Shown here: positions 38,074 to 48,100 of the stretch, piece by piece | Numbering within the stretch: position 1 is the first letter of the stretch | Layout: each line of letters begins with the position of its first letter | Assembly: GCA_044344255.1 (NCBI GenBank) | Contig: JBIJDH010000004.1 | Coordinates: forward strand, 288,001-352,000 | DNA from: Myxococcota bacterium | GTDB taxonomy: Bacteria; Myxococcota_A; UBA796; UBA2385 | DNA length: 64,000 nt | Reading direction: 5' to 3' | The notes under the pieces: model-generated | Told to the model about the DNA's origin: nothing | The model's input: only the letters and a program-made list of their open reading frames with translations | The model's database searches: none | Position numbers and translations under genes: made by a program

Positions 38074-38110
38074 AAAAAAGGAGAGGCCCCCGGGGTGAGC
38101 GGGGGCCTCT
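38074..38110 (-). terminator. Intrinsic terminator after rplC (between convergent guaB and rplC)
   Basis: 11-bp stem AGAGGCCCCCG / CGGGGGCCTCT, 7-nt loop, U6 tract on the minus strand. Confidence 0.8.
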
Positions 38111-38136
38111 GCGAAGACCAGCGGACCGGCGGTGGT

Positions 38137-38799
38137 CTACTTCTTGAGCTTCTTCACGGCGCGGCGAACCGTGACCATGTCGCCGTCGCTGCCCGGGACG
38201 CCACCCTTGATGTAGATGTGGCCCTTCTCGGCGTCCACCTTCACGATCTTCAGGTTCTGGACGGTGACCTGGGAGTTGCCGAGGTGCCCCGGCATCTTGA
38301 CGCCCTTGAGCGTCATGCCCGGGGTGAGGCGCGTGCCGATCGAACCGCCGTGGCGGTAGTACTCGTGCACGCCGTGGCTGCGCTCGAAGCCGGCCATGTG
38401 GTGGCGCTTGAACACACCGGCGAAGCCGCGGCCCTTGCTGAGGCCCACGACGTCGATGATGTCACCGGCGTTGAAGAACTGGGCGACCTGGAGCACGGTG
38501 CCGGCCGGGTAGAGGGCGGCGTCGGCGGCGTTGATGCGCACCTCGCGGAGGGTCTGAGAGGGGAGCGCCCCCACCTTTGCGAAGTGACCCTGGGAGGCCT
38601 TGGTGATGCGGCTGGCGCGACGGGTGCCGTAGCCGAGCTGGACGGCGTTGTAGCCGTCGCTGCCGCTCTCGGACTTGACCGTGATCACGGTGTTGTTGCT
38701 GGCGTCCACCACGGTCACGCCGACGAGGGCGCCATCTTCGGTGAACAACTGGGTCATGCCGAGCTTCTTGCCAAGCAGACCAACGGACGAATTCGCCAC
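38137..38799 (-). CDS. rplC: 50S ribosomal protein L3
   Basis: GLLGKKLGMTQLF, DGYNAVQLG, SKGRGFAGVFKRH, SHG...RHGGSIG, KMPGHLG, IKGGVPG. Confidence 0.97.
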   Translation of the reverse strand: MANSSVGLLGKKLGMTQLFTEDGALVGVTVVDASNNTVITVKSESGSDGYNAVQLGYGTRRASRITKASQGHFAKVGALPSQTLREVRINAADAALYPAGTVLQVAQFFNAGDIIDVVGLSKGRGFAGVFKRHHMAGFERSHGVHEYYRHGGSIGTRLTPGMTLKGVKMPGHLGNSQVTVQNLKIVKVDAEKGHIYIKGGVPGSDGDMVTVRRAVKKLKK

Positions 38800-38859
38800 G
38801 GGAACCTCGCATTGGACGGCGCACCCTGTGGTGAGTCGTCTTACGGTTGGGGGGCGAGC

Positions 38860-38888
38860 CGGTTAGCCCGTCCACCGGGTCGGAGCAA
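38860..38888 (-). promoter_or_regulatory. Promoter candidate TTGCTC-N17-TAACCG for rplC
   Basis: Exact 17-nt spacing within the 109-nt intergenic gap. Confidence 0.4.
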
Positions 38889-38908
38889 GGACCGTAGGGG
38901 CGAGGCCG

Positions 38909-40108
38909 TCAGATGCCCTGGACGGCGATGGCGTAGTCGGGCTGGGCCGGATCATTGCTCAGGATGTGGAGGATGTTCTCGTCGGTGATCGTGTTCGCGA
39001 TGTCCAGACAAAACTCAGGGCAGGTGTAGTTGATCGTGAAGGTCAACGTGGATCGGGGGCTCATGGTCGCGGTGTTCAGCCCGCTGATCGTGAAGGTCCC
39101 GCCCTGGGCGTCGTTTTGGAAGTCGTAGCCGAGGATCTCGAGATCGACGTCGCTGGCGTTGGTGATGATCACCGACTGGGAGGCGGGGATTCCGAAGATG
39201 CTGCCGAGGCCGACCTCGTAGTCGCTGGTACCGCCGGTATCGACCTCGATGGTGGGGTCGCAGACGTAGCAGGGTGGCTCGACCCCCTTGCCTTGGACAC
39301 TGACATCGTAGGTGTTGCCCGTTGTTTCGTCGGTGACGAGCTGGATGGTGTCGCTGTAGCTGCCGATCGTCGTCGGCGAGAAGGCGAGGATGAGGGTGTC
39401 CGTCGCGCCGGAGCCGATCACCTGGGGGAGGGTGAGCCCAGAGAAGGAGAAGGTGTCCTCGCCGATCACCACGTCCTGGACGAGGATGTCACCCGTACAG
39501 TTGTTCGTGAGCGTGACGCTCTGCGTGGCCGTGGTGTAGAGGTACACATCCGAGAAGTCGACCGCCGAATGACTGAGGCCGAGGTGGCAGTCGCCACCGC
39601 CGTCGCTGCCATCGCCGCCGTCTGTGCCGTCGGCGCCGTCGCCGCCGTCGCTCCCGTCAGAGCCCCCGCTGGAGGCGGTGCCCGTGAGGGGCACGGAGGC
39701 CACCTGCTGCGTGTTGCCGACCTCGATGTCGAGGCTGCCGGTGAAGGTGGCGGCGGTCGCGGGCTCGAAGCCCACGGAGACGACGAGGGAGTCCTCCGAG
39801 AGGAGCTCGACCGGGAAGGTCGTGGTGCTCAAGATGGAGAAGGCGGAGTCACCGCGGACGACCGACTCCACCAGCACGACGCTGCCGCTCCCGGTGTTGG
39901 TGATCACCACGTCCGCGGACGAGGGCTCACCCGGGCTCACCGTGCCGAAGTCAACGGTGCCGGGGCTGATGGAGAGGTCACCGACCTGGAGCTCTCCGCC
40001 ACCGCCACCCGACGCGGTGTCGGAGCCCTTGGGCGGCGCGACCTGCAGCCCGCAAGCGGTCGAGAGCAGGAGGAGGAGGGGGAGGGTCTTTAGGCGCGTG
40101 GGCGTCAA
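38909..40108 (-). CDS. Lipoprotein with three Ig-like ASH / choice-of-anchor-D type domains
   Basis: Lipobox STAC; repeated VDFG.V...V.ITN.G patterns, F.P...G, ILSNDP; DG-x linker; TTG start with GAGGA RBS. Confidence 0.75.
   Translation of the reverse strand: MTPTRLKTLPLLLLLSTACGLQVAPPKGSDTASGGGGGELQVGDLSISPGTVDFGTVSPGEPSSADVVITNTGSGSVVLVESVVRGDSAFSILSTTTFPVELLSEDSLVVSVGFEPATAATFTGSLDIEVGNTQQVASVPLTGTASSGGSDGSDGGDGADGTDGGDGSDGGGDCHLGLSHSAVDFSDVYLYTTATQSVTLTNNCTGDILVQDVVIGEDTFSFSGLTLPQVIGSGATDTLILAFSPTTIGSYSDTIQLVTDETTGNTYDVSVQGKGVEPPCYVCDPTIEVDTGGTSDYEVGLGSIFGIPASQSVIITNASDVDLEILGYDFQNDAQGGTFTISGLNTATMSPRSTLTFTINYTCPEFCLDIANTITDENILHILSNDPAQPDYAIAVQGI
39597..39670 (-). repeat. Imperfect 9-nt repeat encoding a Gly-X-Asp linker
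   Basis: GSDGSDGGDGADGTDGGDGSDGGGD. Confidence 0.75.
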
Positions 40109-40133
40109 CGTCAGTTCCTCGTAGGTCGGGCGG

Positions 40134-40142
40134 ATTGTAGCA
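40134..40142 (-). promoter_or_regulatory. Extended -10 candidate TGcTACAAT
   Basis: 25 nt upstream of the TTG start at 40108. Confidence 0.5.
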
Positions 40143-40169
40143 TACGGGATGCGCCACCCGGAAACGAGA

Positions 40170-40196
40170 AGACCGCGCTCCGTAGGGGCGCGGTCT
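40170..40196. terminator. GC-rich hairpin downstream of the gltH-like gene
   Basis: AGACCGCGCTCC-GTA-GGGGCGCGGTCT; weak U tract. Confidence 0.45.
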
Positions 40197-40237
40197 CTGG
40201 CTTCTTCGCCGGGATGCCTCGGCGAGGAGGCGAGCGA

Positions 40238-40993
40238 TCAGAAGGTGTACTTCAGGTTGCCCGTGACGTTGGCGCCGAGATCAAAGCCCACCGCGTAGAA
40301 CACGTCGGCGTCCACACCCACGGAGAAGTGGGAGAGCTTGGTGTAGTACTCGAAGGTCGGGCCGCCGATGCCGAGCGGGTGGGGGCCGTGATGGTATCCG
40401 GGGTCGATCCCGCCCCAGGTGCCAGCGACGACCTCCTTGTTGTAGTAGTCCGGCTCCATCAGCAGCGGGGAGATGAGCACGCCACCCCCCGCTCGAATGC
40501 CGATGCCGATGCGGCGGGTCGGGTAAAAGGACCACTCGAGCACGCCCGCGAGGGTGTAGGTGCGGAGGTCGCCCTGCACGCAGGGCGCCCCGCCGCCGGC
40601 GTCCATACACGCGCCGCCCTCGAGGATCTGGGTCTCGTACTGCTTGCCGTTGTGCACGCCCTGGAAGAAGTCGATCTCCCACGCGGCAGAGCTGGTCTCG
40701 CGGTCGAGGAAGTCATCCCCGACGGAGAGGCCCAGGGCCGTCCCCGGGCTGACCCAGCCGCTGAGGTCGAGGAGGTAGAGCCCTCCTCCGACGCTGGCCT
40801 TGGCGTAGAGCCCCTTGGTGATCTCTCGCACCGCGGCTTGCTTCTTCGCCTTGGTCGTCTTCTTCGGAGCGGCGCCGTCGCCCTCCATGTCCCCATATTC
40901 ATCCCCGCCTTCGTCATCGGCGGCCATCGCAGAAGACGGGAGCCAAGCGGCAGAGGTGAGGAGCGCCGAGAGCAGCAGTCTGTCGATCTTCAT
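40238..40993 (-). CDS. gltH: GltH/CglE-like small outer-membrane beta-barrel
   Basis: Signal peptide; REITKGLY, EYYTKLSHFSVG, terminal LKYTF; follows gltG. Confidence 0.8.
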   Translation of the reverse strand: MKIDRLLLSALLTSAAWLPSSAMAADDEGGDEYGDMEGDGAAPKKTTKAKKQAAVREITKGLYAKASVGGGLYLLDLSGWVSPGTALGLSVGDDFLDRETSSAAWEIDFFQGVHNGKQYETQILEGGACMDAGGGAPCVQGDLRTYTLAGVLEWSFYPTRRIGIGIRAGGGVLISPLLMEPDYYNKEVVAGTWGGIDPGYHHGPHPLGIGGPTFEYYTKLSHFSVGVDADVFYAVGFDLGANVTGNLKYTF

Positions 40994-41078
40994 GAGGTTC
41001 TCGGAAGGAGAAGGCGGGGGGACTTGCTGAGACCGGGACGGCCCGTCCTAGCACGGACGGGCCGCCGCGGGAAGGCTC

Positions 41079-42959
41079 TCAGCCCGGCGAGAAGATGAAG
41101 GGGTACGACACGATGACGATGCCACCGCCCTTCGGCTCGGGGAACTGGAAGCGGAGGAAGCGGTCTGCGATGCAGCCCTCCACCGACTTGTTGCCCATCG
41201 TCGAGCTCTTCACGTCCGACTTGGACACCGAGCCGTCCTTGGCGATCACGAACTTGATCGTGATCTTACCGCCGAGGTTCGGGTTCTTGGTCAGCTCGCG
41301 CTGGTAGCAGTAGCGGATCTGGTTCATGTGCCGCTTGATGACGGCGTCGATGAGCGACTTGTCGAGAGCGCCGAGGATGATGGGATCACCGCCGATAGCG
41401 CCGATGCCGCCTTCGCTCTTCTGGCCGAAGCTGCCGCCGCCGGAGCCGTAGCCAGAGGAGCCGGACCCACGGCCCTTGGTGCCGAGGCCGCCGAGGCCCT
41501 CTGCCGAGCCGCCGCCGCCGAGGCCGCCGCCGCGGCCGCCGAGGCCGCCGGAGCCCATCTGGGTGCCGGAGGCGCCGATGAGGCCGCCGATGCCGCCCGC
41601 GAGGTCGGTGCTCATGGCCGAGGAGCCGAAGACGCTGTCGAGCTCACCGCCGTCGCGGAGGGCGCCGAGGACGCCTGCCTGCTCGGCGATCTCCTTGTCG
41701 AGCTGCTGCTTCTGCATCTCGACCTTGTTGCCCTTGGCGGTCTTCATCTTGGCGTCTTGCTTGCCGACCTTGCCCTCTTCCTTCTTGGCCTTGGCGCCTT
41801 CGCCCGCGTCGGGGTTGGCGTCGGCCTTCTTGGGCTGAGGGATCTCCTCAGGGGGCTTCTCAAGGAGGAGATCGACGAAACGATCGTCAATCTCCATCAT
41901 CTCGTTCTCGGGGGGCGGCGGGCTCAGGGCCATCATGATGGTGAGCAGGCCGAACAGGAAGCCCATGAAGCCGAGGATGCCGAGGAAGGGGTAGTCCATC
42001 CCTTCGGAGAACTTGGTGGGCACCACCTTGCCCGGCGCCGCGAGCTGGCCGAAGAAGATGAAGTTCCCGGTGTCCGCGACGACGCGGGTGCCCTCGACCA
42101 CGGGCACCTGGTACTGCCCACCGCCCACCGAGGTGGCCTTGCCGCTCTGGATGAGGTCGTGGAAGTCGTGGCGCTCCTCACCGATGTCGGCGAAGCCGGA
42201 CCACTTGTCGCTGATGTTGCACACGTACTGGCTACCGGCCCACTCGAAGACCTTGTAGTTGTCGGTGGGGAGCACGCCCGAGGGGACGAAGAACTCCGCG
42301 CCGACCGGCCCAGCGGTGACGCTGGCGGCGCCGCGGGAGTACTGCTTGATGTTCATCACGACGTCGCCCCACACCTGGGCGACCTCAAGCACCTTGGGCT
42401 TGGTGTTGTCGAAGCCCGCCTCGTGGGTGCCGCCGGAGCGCATGATGAAGGCGATCACGTCCTCGCCGGTGTCCTTCTCCAGGAGCTCGCCACCCTGCGG
42501 TGCCGTGTAGGCCGCGCCGACCGCCGCCGCGCGAGGGGCTACGGACCCGCCGCCCGCGGTGTCGTGGTCTGCTGCGTCTTCGGCGCCTGCGCCGATCGAC
42601 GGGGAGAGCTGGGTGGCCTCCTCATCGGCGAGCGCCTGCTCATCGTGGATGGCCAGCGCGAAGCGGACGGTCCCGACGCTGATCTGATCGCCGTTGCGGA
42701 GGTTCGTGTTGTTGACGACCTCGCCGTTGACCGTCGTGCCGGTGGGCCCGCCGAGGTCGAGGAGCTGAATCGTGCCGTCGTCATTGATGTTGATGACGGC
42801 GTGGAGGTCAGCGAGCGCCTCGTTGTCCACGCGGAGCATCGCGGCGGGACCGCGACCGATCGTCACGCTCTCCGCGGAGATCTCCTCGCGGCGGAGGTAC
42901 TGGTCACCCTCGTAGATGTCGAAGCTGAGGACGAGCTTGCCGGAGGTTTCGTTCGCCAT
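41079..42959 (-). CDS. gltG: GltG/NfsG-like protein (FHA domain, TM, Gly-rich linker, TonB-C domain)
   Basis: N-terminal FHA (VTIGRG..LLDLG..GT.VNG), one TM, GEGAKAKKEEGKVGK, I..VIKRHMNQIRYCYQREL.KNPNL.G, FPEPKGGGIV.VSYPFIF. Confidence 0.9.
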   Translation of the reverse strand: MANETSGKLVLSFDIYEGDQYLRREEISAESVTIGRGPAAMLRVDNEALADLHAVININDDGTIQLLDLGGPTGTTVNGEVVNNTNLRNGDQISVGTVRFALAIHDEQALADEEATQLSPSIGAGAEDAADHDTAGGGSVAPRAAAVGAAYTAPQGGELLEKDTGEDVIAFIMRSGGTHEAGFDNTKPKVLEVAQVWGDVVMNIKQYSRGAASVTAGPVGAEFFVPSGVLPTDNYKVFEWAGSQYVCNISDKWSGFADIGEERHDFHDLIQSGKATSVGGGQYQVPVVEGTRVVADTGNFIFFGQLAAPGKVVPTKFSEGMDYPFLGILGFMGFLFGLLTIMMALSPPPPENEMMEIDDRFVDLLLEKPPEEIPQPKKADANPDAGEGAKAKKEEGKVGKQDAKMKTAKGNKVEMQKQQLDKEIAEQAGVLGALRDGGELDSVFGSSAMSTDLAGGIGGLIGASGTQMGSGGLGGRGGGLGGGGSAEGLGGLGTKGRGSGSSGYGSGGGSFGQKSEGGIGAIGGDPIILGALDKSLIDAVIKRHMNQIRYCYQRELTKNPNLGGKITIKFVIAKDGSVSKSDVKSSTMGNKSVEGCIADRFLRFQFPEPKGGGIVIVSYPFIFSPG

Positions 42960-43020
42960 GGCGATGATCCTTAGTGCAGATCCGGAGAGGTTCTCGGAGG
43001 GAAGCGCGGCGAGGCGGGGA

Positions 43021-43305
43021 CTACTTGATCTGGTCCACCGACTGGGCCATCTCCTCGTTGAAGTCCAAGCGGAGGCGGATGAGGGGGTTGAAGGAGGCGC
43101 GCTTGCGCTCCATGAGGAGGGCGCCGGCCGGCTTCACGAGCTCGCCCGCGACGTCCAGACCTTCGAAGTCGATCTCGGTGGTCGACTTGTAGGTGACCTT
43201 GCGGTCCTCCGTCGCGCCCTCTCCGCCCTCCTCCTGGGCGCTGGCGACGCCGAGGGAGAGGCTGAGGATCGACAGGGCAAACAGGCGGCTGAGCGTGGAC
43301 TTCAT
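43021..43305 (-). CDS. gltF: GltF/CglF-like small secreted protein
   Basis: Signal peptide; YKSTTEIDFEG..V.GELVKP.G.....RK...F..LIRLR.DF..EM.QSVD; GGAGG RBS. Confidence 0.88.
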   Translation of the reverse strand: MKSTLSRLFALSILSLSLGVASAQEEGGEGATEDRKVTYKSTTEIDFEGLDVAGELVKPAGALLMERKRASFNPLIRLRLDFNEEMAQSVDQIK

Positions 43306-43362
43306 GAGACCTCCCAAGGGGGATGAGCGCGGGCCCGGACCCGACCTCTCTTTACACGTTGA

Positions 43363-43425
43363 ACTATACCGGTGATTCGAGCCCTCGGGAACCCCGACGT
43401 TAGCGGCACCTTGAGATCGGTGCCG
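43363..43425 (-). promoter_or_regulatory. Internal promoter candidate TTCCCG-N17-TATAGT with upstream palindrome CGGCACC-N8-GGTGCCG
   Basis: -10 at 43363-43368, -35 at 43386-43391, palindrome at 43404-43425, all within a 326-nt gap. Confidence 0.5.
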
Positions 43426-43631
43426 AAAACTATCCAGGTTGAAACCCTGTTTGGGACGGGTGTGGTCCTTGCAAGGTTCCGGTAAATCCGGGTGAGACCG
43501 AAGAGCGCGCTCCACCAGAACGCGTGGCGCACGTGCAGCCACCGCGACGAAGATCTGGATGATCCCTGACCTTCGCTGGGGTGACTGACACGGACCCTCT
43601 CCGCTGGTTCGTCAGGCCTTTGTCAAGACCC

Positions 43632-45146
43632 CTACTGGGGGGCGGGAGCCTCACCACCCGCCGGAGCCGCAGGGGCATCGGGTGCGGGTGCCGGAGCGGG
43701 GGCTTCGGGCGCGGGTGCCGGAGCGGGGGCCGCACCGCCGCCGCAAGACGGGATGATGGCCTCGAGCTGCGGCATCAAATCATCCACGAAGGTGGTGATA
43801 TCGCCCGCCATGTCGATCTCTTCCGACTGAATGACCGCCTCGGCCTGCTCGAGGACCATCTGGCCCTGATCGATGCCGCCGGACTCCACCATCATCGGAC
43901 AGCTTGAGTAGGTGGCCATCACCTGCTTGAGCTTCGCGACCTTGCCCTTGAGGTCTTCGAAGGCCTGCTGCTGGCGCTTCTTGCGCTCTTCAGCCTCCTT
44001 CTTCTTGCGCTCTTCTTCGGCCTTGCGCTCTTCGTCGATCCGCTGAGACTCCTTCACGCGGTCCATTCGGGCGTAGACCTCGTGATCCGGACCCATCTGA
44101 CCCTTGTTGTTCTTGTCCACGAAGTCCTGAAGGACCTTCAGCGCCTTCTTGTAGTCCTTCGTGTACTTCTCGTACAACGTGGCGGCGTTGAAGTAGGCGT
44201 CCTGATTGCTCGGGTCGGCCTCGAGGATCTCGCTGTAGAGCTTGGCCGAGGCCTCGTACTCCTTGGCCCCGCGGAGCGCGACGGCGAGACCGAGCTTGCC
44301 GTTTGTGTTTCCGGGCTCACCCTTGAGGGCCGCCTCGAAACACTGCCTCGCCAAGCTGTAATCACCAGAGTTGAGGGCCACGAAGCCCAGGTTCAGGTTG
44401 GCCTCCGTGGTGTCGGACCGGAGCTTGATCGCCGTCTTGAACTCCTCGATCGCCGCCGGCTCGTTGTCCATCACGAGGTAGGTGACGCCGATATTGTTGT
44501 AGATACCGGGATCGCCCTCCGCGAGGGTCCTCGCCTTCTCGGCGCAGAGCTGACTCATGCGGTAGTCGCCCTTCGCGAAGTACACCCGCGAGAGCGTTCG
44601 GTACGCGCCTACGTTCTTGGAGTCCCGGAGGAGGATCTCTCTCGCCTGGAGGAGGGCGTCGTCGTACATGTCGGCGCCGTTCAGGGCCTCCATGAGGAGG
44701 TTGCGGAGCGTGATGTCATCAGGGGCCTTCTCGGAGGCGCCCCGGTAGAGCTGGACCGCGTCGTCACCCTTGCCCGCCTTGGTGAGCGCCGCTCCGAGGG
44801 CGAGGAAGGCCTCGTTGTAGGACGGATCCGCGTCGAGCGCCGCCCGGTAGTGGTTGGCGGCTTTCTCTACGTTGCCCATCCGCTCGGCGGTCCAGGCCGC
44901 GTTGAAGTGGGCCTTCGAGAAGTCGGGCTTGGCGGTGGTGGCTGCCTCGAATTGGGCCAGCGCGCCAGCGTAGTCGATGACCCCATCCTTGCTGGGACTC
45001 TTGAGGATCTGAACCCCGGCGGCGAAGGCGGCCTTGGGATTGACCACCCCGTCTACGGCGGTCTCGGGGGCTTTCTTTGGTCCGCAACCGACCATCGGGG
45101 GGAGCCCGAAGGACAGGAGCAGCACCAGTGAGCGGAAGTTCCACAT
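43632..45146 (-). CDS. gltE: GltE/AglT-like TPR lipoprotein
   Basis: Lipobox-like MVGC; many TPRs; charged coiled coil; Pro/Ala tail; position between D-like and F-like genes. Confidence 0.78.
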   Translation of the reverse strand: MWNFRSLVLLLSFGLPPMVGCGPKKAPETAVDGVVNPKAAFAAGVQILKSPSKDGVIDYAGALAQFEAATTAKPDFSKAHFNAAWTAERMGNVEKAANHYRAALDADPSYNEAFLALGAALTKAGKGDDAVQLYRGASEKAPDDITLRNLLMEALNGADMYDDALLQAREILLRDSKNVGAYRTLSRVYFAKGDYRMSQLCAEKARTLAEGDPGIYNNIGVTYLVMDNEPAAIEEFKTAIKLRSDTTEANLNLGFVALNSGDYSLARQCFEAALKGEPGNTNGKLGLAVALRGAKEYEASAKLYSEILEADPSNQDAYFNAATLYEKYTKDYKKALKVLQDFVDKNNKGQMGPDHEVYARMDRVKESQRIDEERKAEEERKKKEAEERKKRQQQAFEDLKGKVAKLKQVMATYSSCPMMVESGGIDQGQMVLEQAEAVIQSEEIDMAGDITTFVDDLMPQLEAIIPSCGGGAAPAPAPAPEAPAPAPAPDAPAAPAGGEAPAPQ

Positions 45147-45160
45147 GGTTGATCGTCTCC

Positions 45161-48100
45161 TTAGGGCTGCTCTTCAAACTTCTGCGCGACGCCGGCAGCG
45201 GCGGTGAAGCGGGCCTTGGGCAGCTCCTCCACCAGCACGGGGAAGTCGTCGGGGCGCAGAGTACCGAGCTGCCGGGTGGCGAAGTCGGTGTTCTCATTGT
45301 ACAGATTGAGCTCGTAGGCCTTCTTCAAGGCTTCGGAGTACACGGTCACCGACTTCTCGACCTGCAGGTAGGCCTTGTCTTCGAGGCCCATCTTGTAGAG
45401 GTCGGCCTGGTCGGCGCTGAGGTAGTCGGGGATGTACGAGGTGCGGAGGGTCTCCGACATGTTCTCGTAGGCCTTGCCCAGCTTGACGAGGGAGGCGAGA
45501 CCCCACTCGCCGGCGCCGGTCTTGACGATCTCGACGTAGGTCTTCTCGACCTCCATCAGCGCCTTGGCTTTGTCAGAGAGCTGCTTGGTCAGCACCTTGT
45601 TGGTGTTGGCGGTGTTTGACTTTCCACCCGGGCCGCTGATCTTCATCTTCATGTAGGCGTCGTACTGGCCCTCCGCCTGCTTGAACATGATCTGGGCGAT
45701 GAACTCGACGGCGGTGCCGGTGTTCTCACCCTTGGACTTCGACGCCTGGAAGGCCGCGAGGGTCTCTTTCCAGTGCTTGTCGATCTTCGCGCCTTGCCCG
45801 AGAGCCTCCATGTTGAGGCCGTAGCGGAGCCTGGAGAAGTAGACCTGCTCGATGGTGGCGCCAGCGGGCGGCTTGGTGAAGAAGCTGAAGTAGATCTTCG
45901 AGGCCTCGTCGATCTTCTTCTGCTCTTCGTAGATCTGCGCGATGCCGATGGTGAGGTTCGGGTTGCGCTCGTCTGCGGGGTACGCCGTCTGGAAGAGCTG
46001 GTAGTCTTTGATCGACCCCTGCCAGTCGCCGCTGGCCCGCCGGAAGAGGGCCGCGGAGTAGAGGGCGTCCTTCGCGGCGGGGTGCTCCTTGTCGAGGCTG
46101 AACAGCTTCTCGTACCAGTTCGCGGCCTGTCCAAAGTCGGCAATGGACTCGTAGTCGAAGCCGAGGTCTGCGACCTGCTGCTTGTAGAACTTAGAGCTCG
46201 GGAACTTCTCAATGAGGGTCTTGCGGCCGCTCATCGACTTGCCCGTCTGGCCCAGCTTGTTGTAGTAGACCGAGGCGTTGTTCAGCGCGAGATCGGCGAC
46301 CTGGGACTGCGGGAACTCGCCGTAGAAGGCCATGTAGGCGTCGGCCGCCGCGCCCTGATCCTTCGACTTCTCGAAGTTGATCTCGACCAGCTTGAACGAG
46401 GCGCGCTCGTAGACGTCGTAGACCTCCTTTTTGAAGCCAGCGGAGCCGAGGCCCTGCTGGTCGTAGAAGGCCTTGGCGACCTCCTTCAAGTTCTGCCAGT
46501 CCTGGACGAGGTTGAAGGAGTCGAGGATCAGGTTGGCGGCCTGCTCTGCTTCCTTCGACTGGGGGTCCATCTTGATGACGATGCGGAAGCGGTCGGAGGC
46601 CTCCTTGAACTGATTGTGATTGTACAGGAGGTACGCGGACTTATAGATGATGTTCCGCGTCTTCTTGTCTTCCGGGTACAGCTTGGAGTACTGGTCCAGC
46701 GAGGTGAGCAGGTTCTGCTCCCACTTGCCGAGCGGAGTGGCGTCCGTCTTGCTGTCCGGGGCCGTCTTGGAGTTCTTGTCGGCCTTCACGACCTCATCGG
46801 CGGCGAAGATCGCCGACTCGGCGCAGAACATCGAGTGCTGGCCCTTCGGATCGAGGGCCACCACCTTCATGTACTGGTCCCAGGCCTCGTCGAACTTCTT
46901 GATCTTGTAGAGGAGCTCACCAAAGGCGTAGCGCACATCGTAGGTGTACTTGCCCTCCGGGAACTCCTGCAGGTAGACCGAGTAGGCCTTGTAGGCGAGC
47001 GCGTAGGACTCGACCGCGCCCTTCCCAGTGCCCATCTTCTTGGCGTCATTGTGGAAGTTTGTGGCCACCGTGCGGAGGTTCTTCTCGACGTAGTCGGTGG
47101 CCGACTTGACGGCCTCCTGGTCGGCCGAGTTGGCACGAGCCCAGGCGGAGCTCTTCCCGTAGGTGGTCCGGAGGCGCTCGATCTCGGAGAGGGTCTCCTC
47201 CCGGCGGCCGATCTTGGTGTAGGCCTCGATGATCGAGTTCTGGTAGATCGGCGCGTCCTTCCCTTGTGGGTTCTCGGCGATGAGGCGCCGGTAGGTCTGG
47301 ATGCACTCCTCGAACTTGCCCTGCTCGAAGTAGGTCGCCGCGAGGCGAGTGAGCATGTCCTTGATGAGGTCTTTCTTGCCGAGCTTCGTGAAGTAGACGT
47401 AGGCTTCGTCCATTTCACCGGCGTCGGCGAAGAAGCGGACGAGGTCCTTGAGGGCTTCGTCCTGCAGCGACAGGCGACGCTTCTGCCCCGCATCACCCGC
47501 GGCGGCGTCCTGGGTCATCGAGAACTGCACCACCGACTTCATGGTGTCGATGGCCTTGCCGTACTCGCCCACGTTGTAGAAGCACCACGCCAGCTTGTAG
47601 GTGGCGAAGGCGTACTGGGGGGAGTCCTTGTACCGGGCGGCCTTCTGGTAGGCCATCAGCGCCTTGTAGGCGTTGTTGGTCTCGAAGTAGAACTCGCCGA
47701 TGTTGACGTAGGCGTCAGGGACGTAGGCGCTCTCGGGGTAGGTTCGGACGAGCGCGGTGAACTGCTCGACCGCCGGCTCCTTTTGGCCCGTCTCTTGGAG
47801 CGCCGAGGCGAGGTAGAAGGTCGCTTCGTCGGCTCGCTGGTACTGCGGGTAGCTCTGCAGGATCTGCTGATAGAGCTTGATCGCCTTGTCGAGCCACTTC
47901 CGACTCTCGGTGTAATCCTCCACGATCTTGTCGGGCTGGCAGCCCTTCGTGTTGAAACACTTGTCGAAGGCGGCCTGGTTGCGCGCCGACTCGTCGAGGC
48001 GAATGTCACGGCCCTCTTCCGAGTAGAGCTCGGCGAGCCGGAGCATCATCTCGGCCTTCTGGGTGCCCTGGGGCGCCCGGTTGGCCAGGATGTCCTTCAG

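Noticed and set aside
43470..43490. TTGC-containing segment as a sigma54 promoter
   Set aside because: The required GG-N10-GC spacing is not met
43621..43626. Perfect TTGACA just after the gltE stop
   Set aside because: No -10-like hexamer 16-18 nt downstream
43640..43740. Repeats at the gltE 3' end
   Set aside because: An ordinary low-complexity Pro/Ala tail
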